DNA of 63,645 bases, the filler included, from Perkinsus chesapeaki ATCC PRA-425 (taxonomy: Eukaryota > Protista > Perkinsozoa), in assembly GCA_013115145.1 (NCBI GenBank). It is 6 parts of 6 records of this genome, joined end to end, with 100 filler letters (N's around TTAATTAATTAA, not from the genome) between each part and the next. Parts side by side here need not be neighbours in the genome. Positions count along the whole stretch, not along the records: positions 1 to 22,491 come from JAAPAO010000579.1; 5 more parts are not named here. One strand, 5' to 3'. Positions 10,752 to 22,428 of this stretch are shown here, in pieces. Every line of letters starts with the position of its first letter. The first letter of the stretch is position 1. The position numbers were made by a program, and so were the translations under genes. The notes beneath the pieces are model-generated. The model was not told the origin of the DNA and made no database searches. It saw only the letters and a list, made by a program, of their open reading frames with translations.

Positions 10752-13732
10752 ATGGTAAATCTGCCAGCGTGGTTAAGAGCACCATTCATATTGTTATGGC
10801 AAGTAATATACTCTTTAACCTCAATCCGACCTAAAGATACCATATCAGATACCAAATAGGATTGGTTATCGAATCAGTAAGTGTTTTGATTTATCCTTGA
10901 AGATGATGGGGCCCGCATTGGTAAGAAAATAACCTTTTTATTTTCATATCGATTTTTCCTCAGATTTTGCTAGCATTCGCCCTGTATGGTTTTTGTACCT
11001 ACACTTACTTTGCTGTGGTCGTCTACTATTACAACAACCTTCTAGTTTGGCTTCTAGGAACGTCAATCGGTTTGTTCTTGCTGATAAATATGATATATAA
11101 TTACTTAAAGGTGAGTAATAATTTTATGGTTTTTCCATCAGAATCTCTCAGGCATGTAGAACGTCTCCTGGCGTTCCACCAGTCTGCGATCCAGAAGCCC
11201 CGCCAAATTCAGAGAATGGTCATACCGCTCTCCCCTCAAACACGCGACAATTGATGTATATATCTGTCAGATGTTGAAGCCTATGCTCTTCAAAATGCAC
11301 TACAACTTCGCTTGGCTCGATATAATAAAGGTTATCAAGGATTTGTGGACAGTGATAGCTCCGGTAAGCTGGAAAATATCTTTCAAGATCTTTTCGTTTC
11401 ATTTCCGTTTTTATATTAATTGACGTACGCTCCCGGGCTTTCCATCATCTCCCCGCAATTCCTCTCATTGACCTGTCCTTTGCAATTTGTAACTTATGTT
11501 GTTGGCTTTCTTCACTGTGCGATTTTCTATTCCAAGATGGCATGTCGAGGACATTCTTGGCACTTTTTTAACGAATAGGCATTTTCATATAGTTCTCATC
11601 TTACAGTTGCGACAACAGCTGGGGGGAATTTACTTTTTTCACGTTTGAGTTGGTTTTATCATTTTGTATTTTGTATCTCCCAATTCGGGTGTTCGTCAGA
11701 GGAAGGATCATACGTCCGGATTTTAGATGACGATGAGATATCCAGGAGGCCACCTGCGGCGAGCCCTTTCCCGCTATGCAGGAAATGTAACAGGTGAGGA
11801 CAATGGACAATTTCATGGCGCGTGAGAATTGTATCTGTCTATATGCAGATACAAGCCTGCCCGAGCGCATCATTGCTCCATTTGCAAAGTATGCGTCTTA
11901 AAAATGGACCATCACTGCCCATGGCTCAACAACTGTGTTGGACACCGGAATTACAAGTAGTGACTGGGAATGGCGTTTATCGGCGTGTTAAGGCGCATAT
12001 TTTAGCCGGGATTATCGGTGTGTGGGACTGTTGGTGATTTGGGGTCAAAATGAGCTCAACGAGCTTCTTACAGATTGTTGTACGCTGTTTTGCAGCCGAT
12101 TGGTTTCTTTTGAACTTTGCGTTGGAATTGGCTTTTTCATTACCATCTTTGCGGTGTCGATCGTACCGTTGGGAGCTCTGGTAACGGTGAGAAGCATTTC
12201 AGTAAATGATCGTAGATGTCTCACAGTCTTGACGCTATCGTGAATGTGTCATATGACCAGAATGATTCCTTAAAGGTTTTAATATTTCATTACTTCGCTG
12301 TATAAAGTCTTTTATAATGTGCCGAGACTCGACGTTGACTGCCACGATGATTGGTGATAAAGAGTCGCCGTAACGTTCCATATTTCTGGAACGATTTGTG
12401 GGTGGCTTAATCAACCTTGAAGCTGTTTAGGTATTTTTATTTGTTTCTGCTCTATCTCGAGCTATGCTGCCTGTTTGTGATAATCGTATTTTTTCAACCA
12501 TTTCGGAAAGCGATGTTTCCCGCAAGAGGATCGCCGCGGTGGGACATTTCTATTGCGTACAAGCAGGTAATAATTTCGAGGCGCGTGACGGAATATTTTC
12601 TCTTCAGGCCGTGGCGATGTCGTTTGTTATATGTCTGGCCATCGCCTTCGCCGTTGGCATTCTTCTCGGCTTTCACACGTATTTGGTTTTAACCAATCAA
12701 ACGACGATTGATTTCCAGTCCAACGTCCGAGAAGCCAGGATTGCTAAACAGCAGGGAAAACTGTTTGTGTAATAGGACGGGGTATCTAAGGTTGACGCGT
12801 GCACTCAGGAACTCAGTACTGATAGTGATAGGGTGTTGGTTCGGTGGGCTTGGTACTACCAAGTTGGTAGCGGTCGAGGGTGTGCTCGTTGTTGGACTTT
12901 TAAGATTGTTTATTATTTATATTATTATGATCCAATATTAATAGAATGCTACTTATCGAGTATATCATATTATCTCATGCCTTCGAGTCAGGTATTATAT
13001 TACTCAGTGATGTGTTAATGACTTTAATGAATATCCTTGAAAATTGTTAAAATTTAAAAAAAGATTATTAGCTTTATAGAATTAAATAAAAAATATGTTT
13101 GGTGTATGCTACAGTAGTGTAGATGCTGAACCCTTAAATAATAAGAAAGGTTTTTATTAGGAATTGTAAGTAGTAACTTTATAGCTTGTAGTATATCGTA
13201 CTAGTGACCATCGCACATAATATTATTATAATCAGTTAGTCGAGCCTCATAAATGTCCAGCTCGGGTTGGTTGACCCATAAGCCACTAAATCTTCTATTG
13301 GATGCCAACTGCGTTGGTTTGGGAATTCTTCTGCGTCGTCGTTGTTGTCCTTGTAGAGATTGATTCAAGCCACCATGGAATCCTCGGCATTTTTGTTTTA
13401 TCATTCCTAGGATTTGTTATTGGTATTGAGCTTGAAGATTTTCTTTTGCAGGAATCCATTCGATTTGGGGCGCGCAAGAAATTTCCATCAAGTGTTTGGT
13501 GATTATGCCTTCTGGACATTCCGGTGGATGATACCATGGGCCAATTCAAAGGTAATTTACCGCGCGCCACGAAATTACTCAATATTACTTCCACTTTCAG
13601 CCTGCTCCGAATTGCGATGGATATATCTGGCCAACTATCGGTGCCCGCGCGCCACGAAATTCAGGAGGAGCACGGCACTCAGTTTATCGGCAGGGAAATG
13701 TTGAACAAGCGAATGGCGAGGGTGCCGAGTGA
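10752..13732 (+). CDS. DHHC palmitoyltransferase (ZDHHC16-like), multi-exon
   Basis: [22 protein letters not shown] at about 11858-11921, flanking TM exons, [11 protein letters not shown], and C-terminal VNPFDLG...NFHQVFG after a 683-nt intron (12769-13451). Stop TGA at 13730-13732. Confidence 0.9.
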
Positions 13733-14099
13733 TGGGCTGCTGCAGTACATTGCAAATAGTATCATTGATTTCATAATCGATGTTGATTTGTTAAATTAAT
13801 AAACTTATGGTAGTTTGTTTGCAACGGGAAAAGATGAAAATTGAAGTTGATCAGAGGACACAGTAAGTGGGAGGGTGCTTGGGCAGAATTTTTCCCGGAA
13901 TTTTCCGTTTTTTTCCGAAATTCCTGTGGACTGGCACTGTAGGAGATTTCATCGCTGGAATCCCTGCGGTGCATTACGGGTTTTTTCCTTTTATACTTTC
14001 TCGGAGCCTTGCGGATGTTCGAGAGAAGTGCGATGGGGGAGGCACTTGTTGATATTCTATGGCACGCTTCGACCTAAGATTCCTCGTTGTTCAGTCTGA

Positions 14100-17000
14100 T
14101 CCACCTTGTACATATTTTTTAGGCCGGTATCGGATACAACTGACGGAGAGCCCTCCACAGTGGATAATGCGAGCCCGTTGTCCTGCTTGTCGATGGATAC
14201 TTCAGCCGGCTATCATGTAGTCTACGGGTCAAACGGGGGACATGGGAATTTAGGGTATTCAACATTCTTATCGGTTCATGTCTCATTTTAACATCAACCA
14301 ATCCTTTGAGTGTATTGGCCTTCAAAGTAATATCATTTGGTCCTTCACTTCAATCCGGGTTAGCTTTCCCGTTACCGAGCCTTCGGACTGAGGTTCGTCG
14401 CTGGAGCTACCCGGCTCGGATGGGCCGGTTCAGAATATGGACTGTTGCTGATTCCTAATCAGCAGTGTTTGTTTATAATAGACTTTTTAGATTCGGAAAA
14501 ATTTTTCGCGTTTATCTGCTAACCGCATTGTTGGAGTGATCAGACTACTTCTTTGGTTAAAATTCACGACCCGAAATTGGAATAGCTGACATTCGGCTCT
14601 TTGAAAATGCGATGCATGATCGCGACTCGGCTGCCAGATTAGTCCCCTGGTTTTCTATAATTACCGTTGGATGTTCTCAGTCTATCGAAAGGCGGCTCTG
14701 TAATGGTGTGTTTATGATGTTGGAAATTGCCGAGAGAGAGTTGCTAGGTGAATCTACTCAGGAATTATGTGAAGTAAGTCGGGCCGGAGGCTGGCAGGTT
14801 CGATTTCGAAATGTATGTATGGTCGCCTAATTGGGAGGAATTTCCAGAAAATTCTGGTAAATATCTTCACCTGTCGGGGATGAGGATGAGCATACATGTT
14901 AAGACTTGATGGCTTCAACTGATCGCTCTTCGATGTCTGAGTTGGGGAATATCCCCATTAAATTACCACGTCCTTCAGGAGGTACACAAGACGACTTCCC
15001 GGAAATTTCCAGTAAAAGTTTTCTGAATTTTCTTTAATCGGAAACTTCCGATAAAAAAATCCTCGAAATTTTATATCTTGTCCAACTTATGTGGACTACG
15101 AATTCTATATTCTAGCGAAGAGCCCCGCTTGTCGACGAACTTGATCTTTAGGCTGTAGTAGAACGCCTCACGAGCGTTGCGGCAGAGCTAACTGATGGCA
15201 ATGTAACCTCAACCGAGCGTGGCACGGCGTGTGGCCATCTGGCTGCCGGTGTGCGTTTAACTGCGAGGGTGTTCGGGAAGACTGGAGAGATGAGATTAGA
15301 AGCTATTGAGGAGGTACGGCGGGGCTTTCATACCGACTTTTCCGCTGGGAAATGAACAACTTTGCAGGATAATGAAAACGCCGTTTTTAATTTTTTGAGG
15401 AGTTCCATGGATATTCGTTTTTGAGGTAGCTGTGCGAATTTGCAGAGCACAAATGCCGTCATCTCAACAGACGTGGAATTGAATGGCGGTTAGATCCTAT
15501 CGAGTGATACATGTTATTCGTGGGCGCTTACCCATTAAAAAGAGGTTCGAATGAGCTCCTGCGCAAAGATGACGCACTCGAATTGAGAAGTGTAAAAGTT
15601 TTCCCGCATTTCCTATGAAGTTCTTATTCCTATTCCATTTCCTGTTGAATGCTATGTTAACGTACAGTGGGAGTCGACAGAGCGCATGATATCTTCTAGC
15701 TGTTAGGTCTCGAAATCTGTAGAGCTAGTTTTGGGGGCATACTCTCGAGCATGCTATGAGGAGTATTGTGTCATGGAGCTATCTCAGGCCCTCCTGGCCA
15801 TCCGTGGATTGATTGCTGGATGCCCTCTTACTGAGTACTCTCCGGATCGTATCCCTCCAGAGGCACAAGATGGCATCGTTGCGGGTGGCGGAATTCTGTA
15901 TGTTGGCCTGGCTCTGTAAGGCATCTGGGGGTAGAAGGGATAGGCTCGGCTCTATGTCATTGAAAGTTTGAATATAAATTAATAAAAGTCCATTTGAATT
16001 TCAAACCATCGGATGGATTCGTTGATGGGTTAGTCAATAGAGCTGGAGTCTCGTATCATTTTACAGTGGAAAAATGACGAATCTTTGAGGACCAAAATTG
16101 TCAACTTGGAGATCTTATCAGTCTTGAGACCTTTCCTTTCTTGCTGAACCATCACGATCAAGCAACTAGCTCTTGCTGAATTGGCCTGAATTTTCTGGCG
16201 GTGAGCAGGTAGATGCTTTCGAGCGTATATTTCAACACTGTGCTCCACATTCACCTACATTTCGAGCGGTGCTCCGTTCAGAGGCTTACGGTTTTGCAGA
16301 TACCAGAACAGGCGTTCGCCAAGTAATGCCCATCGTGCTCGAGCTCAAGATGGCCTCGGCTTCCTGCACAGATCCAGTGATGTCCGTGAGGAATTCGAGG
16401 CGTAATTTTGTGGCGCGCGTGAAATTTCGTTCTTGGAAAGCTCAGGTACATCGCCCGCTTATATAAAGAAGTTCATTTCCCCGACGGGGATGGAGGGAAC
16501 TGGCCCGAAGCGACAGGCCTGGTGCGAGTTGTTCGCAAACTGAATGATTTGGTTTGGGCCACTGAAGTGACCGACAGTAAAGCTGTGAGAGGAGGAAGGC
16601 CAGTGGATTTTAAGAAGAAAAGCCTTCAGGAGAACTTCAGTCATCCAGTGGTGTGTTTGCCGGGAGGAAGGGTGGTCATTGCTCCGGTGAGCGAGAGTAT
16701 TGAAGGCATTCGCAAAGGAGGGGCGGTTATGATGGATTTTGGCGTGTCAAAGCCGAAGGAAGATGTTATTTACACTATGTGGTTCTCGTCTGAGGTAGGA
16801 TGCGTAGGAGTTCATACCGCTCCTCTGTTTAATCGACCTGCAGGATGGTTCGGTGAGATGGCAAGTCGAGTACACATATGATCATTTCGTTGATCTGTCC
16901 CATCGGCTCATAAAGGTCGACCCAAGCTGCCCTCCGGTTCCATCGGCGAAACATAACTTTTTGAACACGTTATTGAATCACCAAGATGAAATTGATCCGC

Positions 17001-20000
17001 CGCTTGCCAGCAAGCTCGGTCATTGGGTAGGTTGTCCAGGACCCTCGGAAGGTGTGATAGTGTTTGACAGAGCATATTGCTAGAAAGTGTGATTCTGCAA
17101 TCATGATATTCTACAGCGGACGGCTTCAGCGATATTGTAGATTCCGCGAGAATCCTGGTTGCAAGGGTTTGCTAGTCATAACAGTGTTCGACGCTGTTGA
17201 GTGGCGTATCATACTTCTTCCAGCTTCGTGGGTGTGTTCCCTTCAGCAGCACAGGAATCGAAAATGCATTCCTAATGAGAAGGAAACATCGCAACGCATT
17301 CCTTCTGTTAACATTGAAGGTGGCCCTGTGCTGATGCCCTCGCTCAGATGAAGGACATTGTCCAAACGCATAAAGGGCCGGTATTAGAGCAAGCCGTGGG
17401 GATTGGCGCGGCAATGAGGAGAGCCCCTGGTAACCATGCACCGCAGTGGTTTGATGATAATAACAGAGCTTAGGGGAGACAGCATGCGGCATGAGTAGAA
17501 GTGAAAGGTTCTGTAGAGTTGATGGTTGTTGAGTTTCGATATGAGGGGAGGGCACGAAAGAAAGTACGAGCGAATAATAGTGTTGAAGAACCGTGAATAA
17601 GATACTGTATGACATTACTAAGTGTTGAGTACTGCTGAAGTATGTTACGCGAACTGATATACAATCACCGTATGAGTTACTACTGAATACTGTTATTATT
17701 GCAGTAATACATATACAGTAATACTCTCATCAAAGATACTTGGAAAAGAAAAGAAAGGCGTTATTTGATGTTGAAGGCTAGTAGTAGCTCTTGCGAATAA
17801 GACCGGTAAGTTGACAATAAGTTCACACTTAAGTTGGTTACAAGTCTCAGTCGGACATTTCTGCTATGTTCGGTCTCTGACTTGGTTGCGTTGGTAAATT
17901 AAGAGCAATTACGTGTGCAGTTTGTAATGGCAGCCGATGAGTGCCGATCAAGCAGGGGATTGGCGAATCTTCGACGAGGCTGTCCGAGAATAAGCATGCA
18001 AATCGACTCTCCTCCGGCCCCACTAGCGCAAGTTGATAACGTATTGAGTAGGATGAAATCGAGATGCCATAGTAGAGGGCATAGATTGCGGGGCAACCTG
18101 CCGGATAATGCAACTTGGGTGGAAATCTCTAAACTACTGAGGCCGGCGAGCAGGAGACGATCAATGGAAGAGGCAACTCCCTGTGATGGCAGTGGTGACA
18201 CGAGCAAGGTATGCCGAGGATCAGCCGCCTTGAAATCTCCAATATCTAAACTGTGATGTTGGGGTTGTGTTCAGGGAAGTGTTGATGCCCCCCAGCAGAG
18301 GGTTCAAGACAAAGCCTATGGGATCATGTTGGAAGCACGGGATAAAATATCGACACTTGAAGGCGAGACTTCTACTACAGGTGGCAACAGAATCGATTTA
18401 ACGGTCGGAACAGCTGGTGTGTTGACAGGTTCCTCTAGCGGGTTCCGATCAACATACCTTCAAGTAGCGAAGGCCCACCAGGAACTCCTTCATGCCCTGC
18501 ATGGTTCTCGCCCTCGCAGTAGGCCGGCCGGGGTACAAACTGCCGATGAAGAAATGTGCGATAACGAAGTTGGGGAGGGTGGAGAGCTTCTCGATCTCCG
18601 CGATGAGAGAGAAATAATCGCCAACTCGGACGAGCTAGAATCTCCCTTGGCGAATCACAGAGAGGAGCTGAGTCACTGTGGAGAAGTCCAAAAGGCGGAC
18701 TTCATACCAGCAGGGTCGGAGGGTTCTGCCGAGATGAGCGTATTAACCGATACAAACGACCAACGAGCGATTGAGGGCTTCGTGTCCGAGGAGACTGCTG
18801 CCGAGCTCCTCGCAGACGCGATGGCGAGTATCGATAGGAATCCCGAAAGACGAGAAATGCTTCCTGAAACTCGAGTGGAATCAGCTGAAAGGAGGGATAT
18901 GTCAGGCTCGAGCGGCTCGAATGCTATTATCAATGAAGATGGTAAGATTGTCAGTGGAAAGGTCGAGGTTAGAGCAGAATCTTTTCTCAATGTGGTCAGA
19001 GTGGCTTATGAGGGAGGAGTAAGCTCCTGCGCAGTTGGCGAACCAGCCACAGTGCCCATTGACCAAGGTAATTCGCCAGACCAGCCAATCGGTGGCCTGG
19101 AAAGACTGAAGTCGTACGAACTAATGAACGGGCGTGCCATTGAGGCACCGCCCTCGAATGATGCGGAACTTACTATGATCTATAGCGAAGAGGATCTACT
19201 CAAGGGGCGCGCTGACAAGGGAGGAAAACCAGCGATTGATGGGGAAAGTTCGGAAACGGTAGAGTCCAATTCAAATTACTGTCGAGGTCGAACGCGAGAA
19301 GATCTGTGCGAGAGTGCAGAGCTAGTGAGGGTAGAGGGAAAACAGACAGAACGCGTTGGAGAGATAAATGGATGTCAACAAGGTGAACAAGGGTCACAGG
19401 TGCACGCAGAACGGAGGTATACCACAGAGGAAGTGAAGGGGTATGATGTGCTTGTGTGCGAAGCTGCGGTGAAGAACCTCCTTGCTGAGTGCTATGGGCA
19501 CGCTACGACTTCGGATGCTACTGGGGGAAAAGGCGAGAGGATGACTAGTGGTGCAAACTGGACTGGTGCGGGGGAGCGCAGTCTACGAGAGATGAATGAC
19601 GAGCTGAATGAAGATGGAATGAGGAAGGAACTGGGAAAGAGGGTTGCGGGACGGCTGATGGGTGCGGTGCCCAGGAGGAATGCTATAGTGTGCAGCGATG
19701 AGGAGAAAAGGAAGGGACGGGGGAATACTGAAGGCACAGATGTGATGGAAAGGCAGTCAGTTGATGAAGATCGCTTAGTGGGAGAGAATGGTGTTGTCAA
19801 ACAGTCAGGCAGAGCCGATAAAAGCATAGAAATGGGAAGGCCGGGGGAAGTTTATGCAGCTGAAAGCGAGTTACCAACAGTTGAAGAAAAATTACAAACA
19901 GATGAAGGGGAATTACAAACAAATGAAGGGGAATTACAAACAAATGAAGGGGAATTACAAACAAATGAAGGGGAATTACAAACAAATGAAGGGGAATTAC

Positions 20001-20422
20001 AAACAAATGAAGGGGAATTACAAACAGATGAAGGGGAATTACAAACAATTGAGGAATTGCATTCAGTCGATAACGAATTACCCGAAGGCAAGGGTGACGG
20101 TGAACCTACAAGTCAGGGATCTTCTGACAGACCTTCACCAGCACGGAAGGCCAGACTAGTCACACCAGAGTTAGCAATCTTTGACACATTTGCCAGGCTA
20201 GTACGGCAGGCCAAGGCATACCGGAAGCCACGGCAGGAATCGGATGATGGTATCCCTGCAGAGGATGAAAAAGGATGGGGAGACGTCCGAGGGCGAACGG
20301 ATAACTATTTACCGGATATGACGCCGAAGGAACAGAAGACAGTGAAAGTGGCGGTATCCAAGAAGAGGCTTATGAACGCTGATGGCAGGCGGAGGAAGAT
20401 ATTCGATGCTGATCCTTTCTAG
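14100..20422 (+). CDS. Large multi-exon protein with a PX-like segment and a long acidic low-complexity last exon
   Basis: Coding-like exons from about 14.1 kb. The exon at about 16860-17010 reads WQVEYTYDHFVDLSHRLIKVDPSCPPVPSAKH, resembling the PX-domain W-x-V-x-R-x-Y-x-x-F...P-x-x-P-x-K pattern. A 698-codon terminal ORF covers 18326-20422. The start is uncertain and this may be more than one gene. Confidence 0.45.
19890..20048 (+). repeat. Coding tandem repeat, 21-bp unit (AATTACAAACARATGAAGGGG), 7 full copies plus a partial
   Basis: Read directly. Encodes (ELQT[N/D]EG)n in frame within the 18326-20422 ORF. Confidence 0.95.
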
Positions 20423-20730
20423 GCGAATGCAGGGTGCACGGAAAGGGTTAGCAGTTGTCAGCGCATTCAGGGAGGAACAGGAATGCACTTGGTATCTTTC
20501 TTGGTTCGTGCTCACTATCGAACTTTCTCATATATCCGCGCACTAGATGGTTTACATTTCGATCTTTACGAGGCTGGGTAATTCCCTCATTGAGGAAGAG
20601 GCTGGAGGGATTCGGAGGGCTGAACAATTATACGATGAGATCGCCAGAAGGAACTTTACCAAGCCTCAATATCATTAACTGACACTTTAAACACAACAGT
20701 TCGAAAACAAAAAAATGATAGACGACATTA

Positions 20731-21663
20731 TCACTCTGCCATTTTTTGCTGCACTCGTCGACGGGCAGATCGCCGTTGAGGAGGGTCTGCCGTCTCCTGT
20801 TGAGTTGTAGTGATGACGCATTCCCCAGCCAGGGATGTGATGGCGGCCACGGTGTTAAGCCAATACTTGTTCAGATCGAATCCTCGAGTTGAGTTAAGAA
20901 TATAGTCTGTCGTAACCAACCACGTGTGCATAATAATAAAAATGAGAGATGATATCACCATAACAGCTTGAGTGTCATGCCCGGCTAGAGGCGCCACGTA
21001 ACCGAAAGGCATGAAGAGCAGGAACGCCCAGGTGCCACCGTGGACGATCCAGGACAGTGTGGGCGGCATGGGGGTGGTGACATACATCATAGCATCACCA
21101 GCAGCGGCCCGACAGACTGTCAGATCTTCTTGAACCGACAGGCGGACATGGTCGGGGATTCCCTGGATGGCCGTGAATCGTCTTAGGAAAGCGCAGTAGA
21201 CCGCCGGGACCGTCAGTGGCTGGGGAATCTCGTCAGAGGTCTTCAGTAGGCCCAACTCCTTCAAGGCATCTATACGATCGTCGCCTCGAGATCCAGAAAG
21301 CTCTATAAGATGAATAGCGTAGGCTAGTAGAAGCAGTCTGAATAGGTCTGCCTGGTGAGTGAGGCCCTCTCCAGCCAGTATGACGGTGATGTCGACCGCG
21401 CGACCGGCCGCGTGGGCGGTGTGAGTGCGCATTGACCACCAACGGGAGAAGCTGACCGATGTATAGAAACCAAATAGGAGACCAAGAATGATCGAAAAAA
21501 CGTTCCAGAGCTTTTCCAATGAGGCCAAATGCATGACGACCTCGTTGAAGTGCGGGGCATGGGCCACCAAGGCGAGGGCCACCATGTACGTGAGAGTTGG
21601 AGCGATGAAGACCACCGGTGAGATGTTAGTGGAGGCTGGACGGAAGGGATAGGGTACTGCCAT
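20731..21663 (-). CDS. Bestrophin-family anion channel, intronless
   Basis: Single open frame with several TM helices and LGLLFGFYTSVSFSRWW (bestrophin TM2 signature), plus PMPPTLSWIV. Likely start is MAVPYP at 21663. Confidence 0.75.
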   Translation of the reverse strand: MAVPYPFRPASTNISPVVFIAPTLTYMVALALVAHAPHFNEVVMHLASLEKLWNVFSIILGLLFGFYTSVSFSRWWSMRTHTAHAAGRAVDITVILAGEGLTHQADLFRLLLLAYAIHLIELSGSRGDDRIDALKELGLLKTSDEIPQPLTVPAVYCAFLRRFTAIQGIPDHVRLSVQEDLTVCRAAAGDAMMYVTTPMPPTLSWIVHGGTWAFLLFMPFGYVAPLAGHDTQAVMVISSLIFIIMHTWLVTTDYILNSTRGFDLNKYWLNTVAAITSLAGECVITTTQQETADPPQRRSARRRVQQKMAE

Positions 21664-21955
21664 TGTGAATTTAATGGTTACTATAGAGGAAAGTATCAAG
21701 TGAAGGTGCTTGGTAAAAGTGTGGAAGTATGCAGGAATACCGTCTACCACTCCGGAAGGTTGATCATCTCAATGGCTTACGGATTTACTACTGAGATGGC
21801 AAAGGCCAATTTAGAGAAACTAAGTTGCAGAGGCTAGCTATTTACTAAACAGTAGTTGTTGAAATGTACAAAAAGCGAGTGAAGTGAGTTATAGGCGTCT
21901 GAGACGTACCGAGGGGTAACAACGCAACTCAGTCTTCTGTACAAGTATATCTCTC

Positions 21956-22014
21956 GAGAAACTGTCATCATTTGGCGAGTAAACTTCTTGCCACCAAATA
22001 ATTCATTCGTTCTC
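21956..22014 (-). promoter_or_regulatory. SECIS element (eukaryotic type)
   Basis: Minus-strand RNA GAGAAC-GA-AUGA-AUUAUUUGGUG-GCAAGAAGUUUACU-CGCCAAAUGAU-GA-CA-GUUUCUC: AUGA/GA core, 11-bp helix II, apical AAG and lower helix GAGAA/UUCUC. It lies directly 3' of an in-frame UGA. Confidence 0.75.
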
Positions 22015-22041
22015 TTCTCTTAAATTGCTTCTTCTGTCGGC

Positions 22042-22417
22042 TTATCTTCGTCAGCCCCGGCTCGGCCCCTTCCTCGATGGCCTGTAGGAGGGCAAGTCGC
22101 CACCGCCACCACTGCCGCTATCCCAGAACCCTCGGCTTGCTCGGTTTACAGTGTCACCCTTATGTGGTCGAGGCCTACTGGAAATGACAGGCCTCAGCAG
22201 CTTCCTGAGGTACCTTTGGTCCTCCTCTCTTTGGCGCTCCTTCTCCTTCCATTCGGGACTGGCCTTTACCCGGCTGGCATCGGCTTCGAGGCGATCAAGG
22301 TAGGCCAGGCGCTCCTTTGGAGGTTCATGGTGGACGACATCTGAGATGAAACCGTAAGATACTCCGGTACGAGCTTCACCGACCGCTGCCAGATGGTGAA
22401 GGTGCCGTTGTAGCCAT
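22042..22417 (-). CDS. Selenoprotein S/K-like protein (in-frame UGA = Sec at 22051-22053)
   Basis: Frame reads ...KEKERQREEDQRYLRKLL...RGFWDSGSGGGGDLPSYRPSRKGPSRG-UGA-RR-TAA, resembling the SelS tail (SWRPGRRGPSSGGUG). SECIS downstream. The 5' end is either ATG 22417 with a 43-nt intron (22341-22383) or an exon lost in the N gap, since the frame is open up to 22491. Confidence 0.7.
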
Positions 22418-22428
22418 CTTGGCTCAAG
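22410..22428 (+). other. Spliced-leader relic (19-nt exact match to Perkinsus SL)
   Basis: GTAGCCATCTTGGCTCAAG equals the last 19 of 22 nt of the Perkinsus marinus SL (ACCGTAGCCATCTTGGCTCAAG, recalled from the literature). It is followed by ATTTAG rather than a GT donor, so it is not an SL RNA gene. Confidence 0.7.

Noticed and set aside
13870-15070. Scattered GGAATTTCC/TTCCGGAA-like motifs (13880-13925, 14838-14870, 14995-15070)
   Set aside because: Irregular, degenerate and located in probable introns; no periodicity or terminal structure to support a defined element.
19797-20159. Repetitive ORFs in other frames (VIPLHLF)n, (CNSPSFV)n, (KQMKGNY)n
   Set aside because: Shadow translations of the 21-bp repeat, which has no stops in those frames; only the 698-aa frame is embedded in a long ORF.
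22410-22428. SL RNA gene
   Set aside because: The leader is not followed by a GT donor, the first three nt differ, and no tandem SL array is present; treated as a relic instead.
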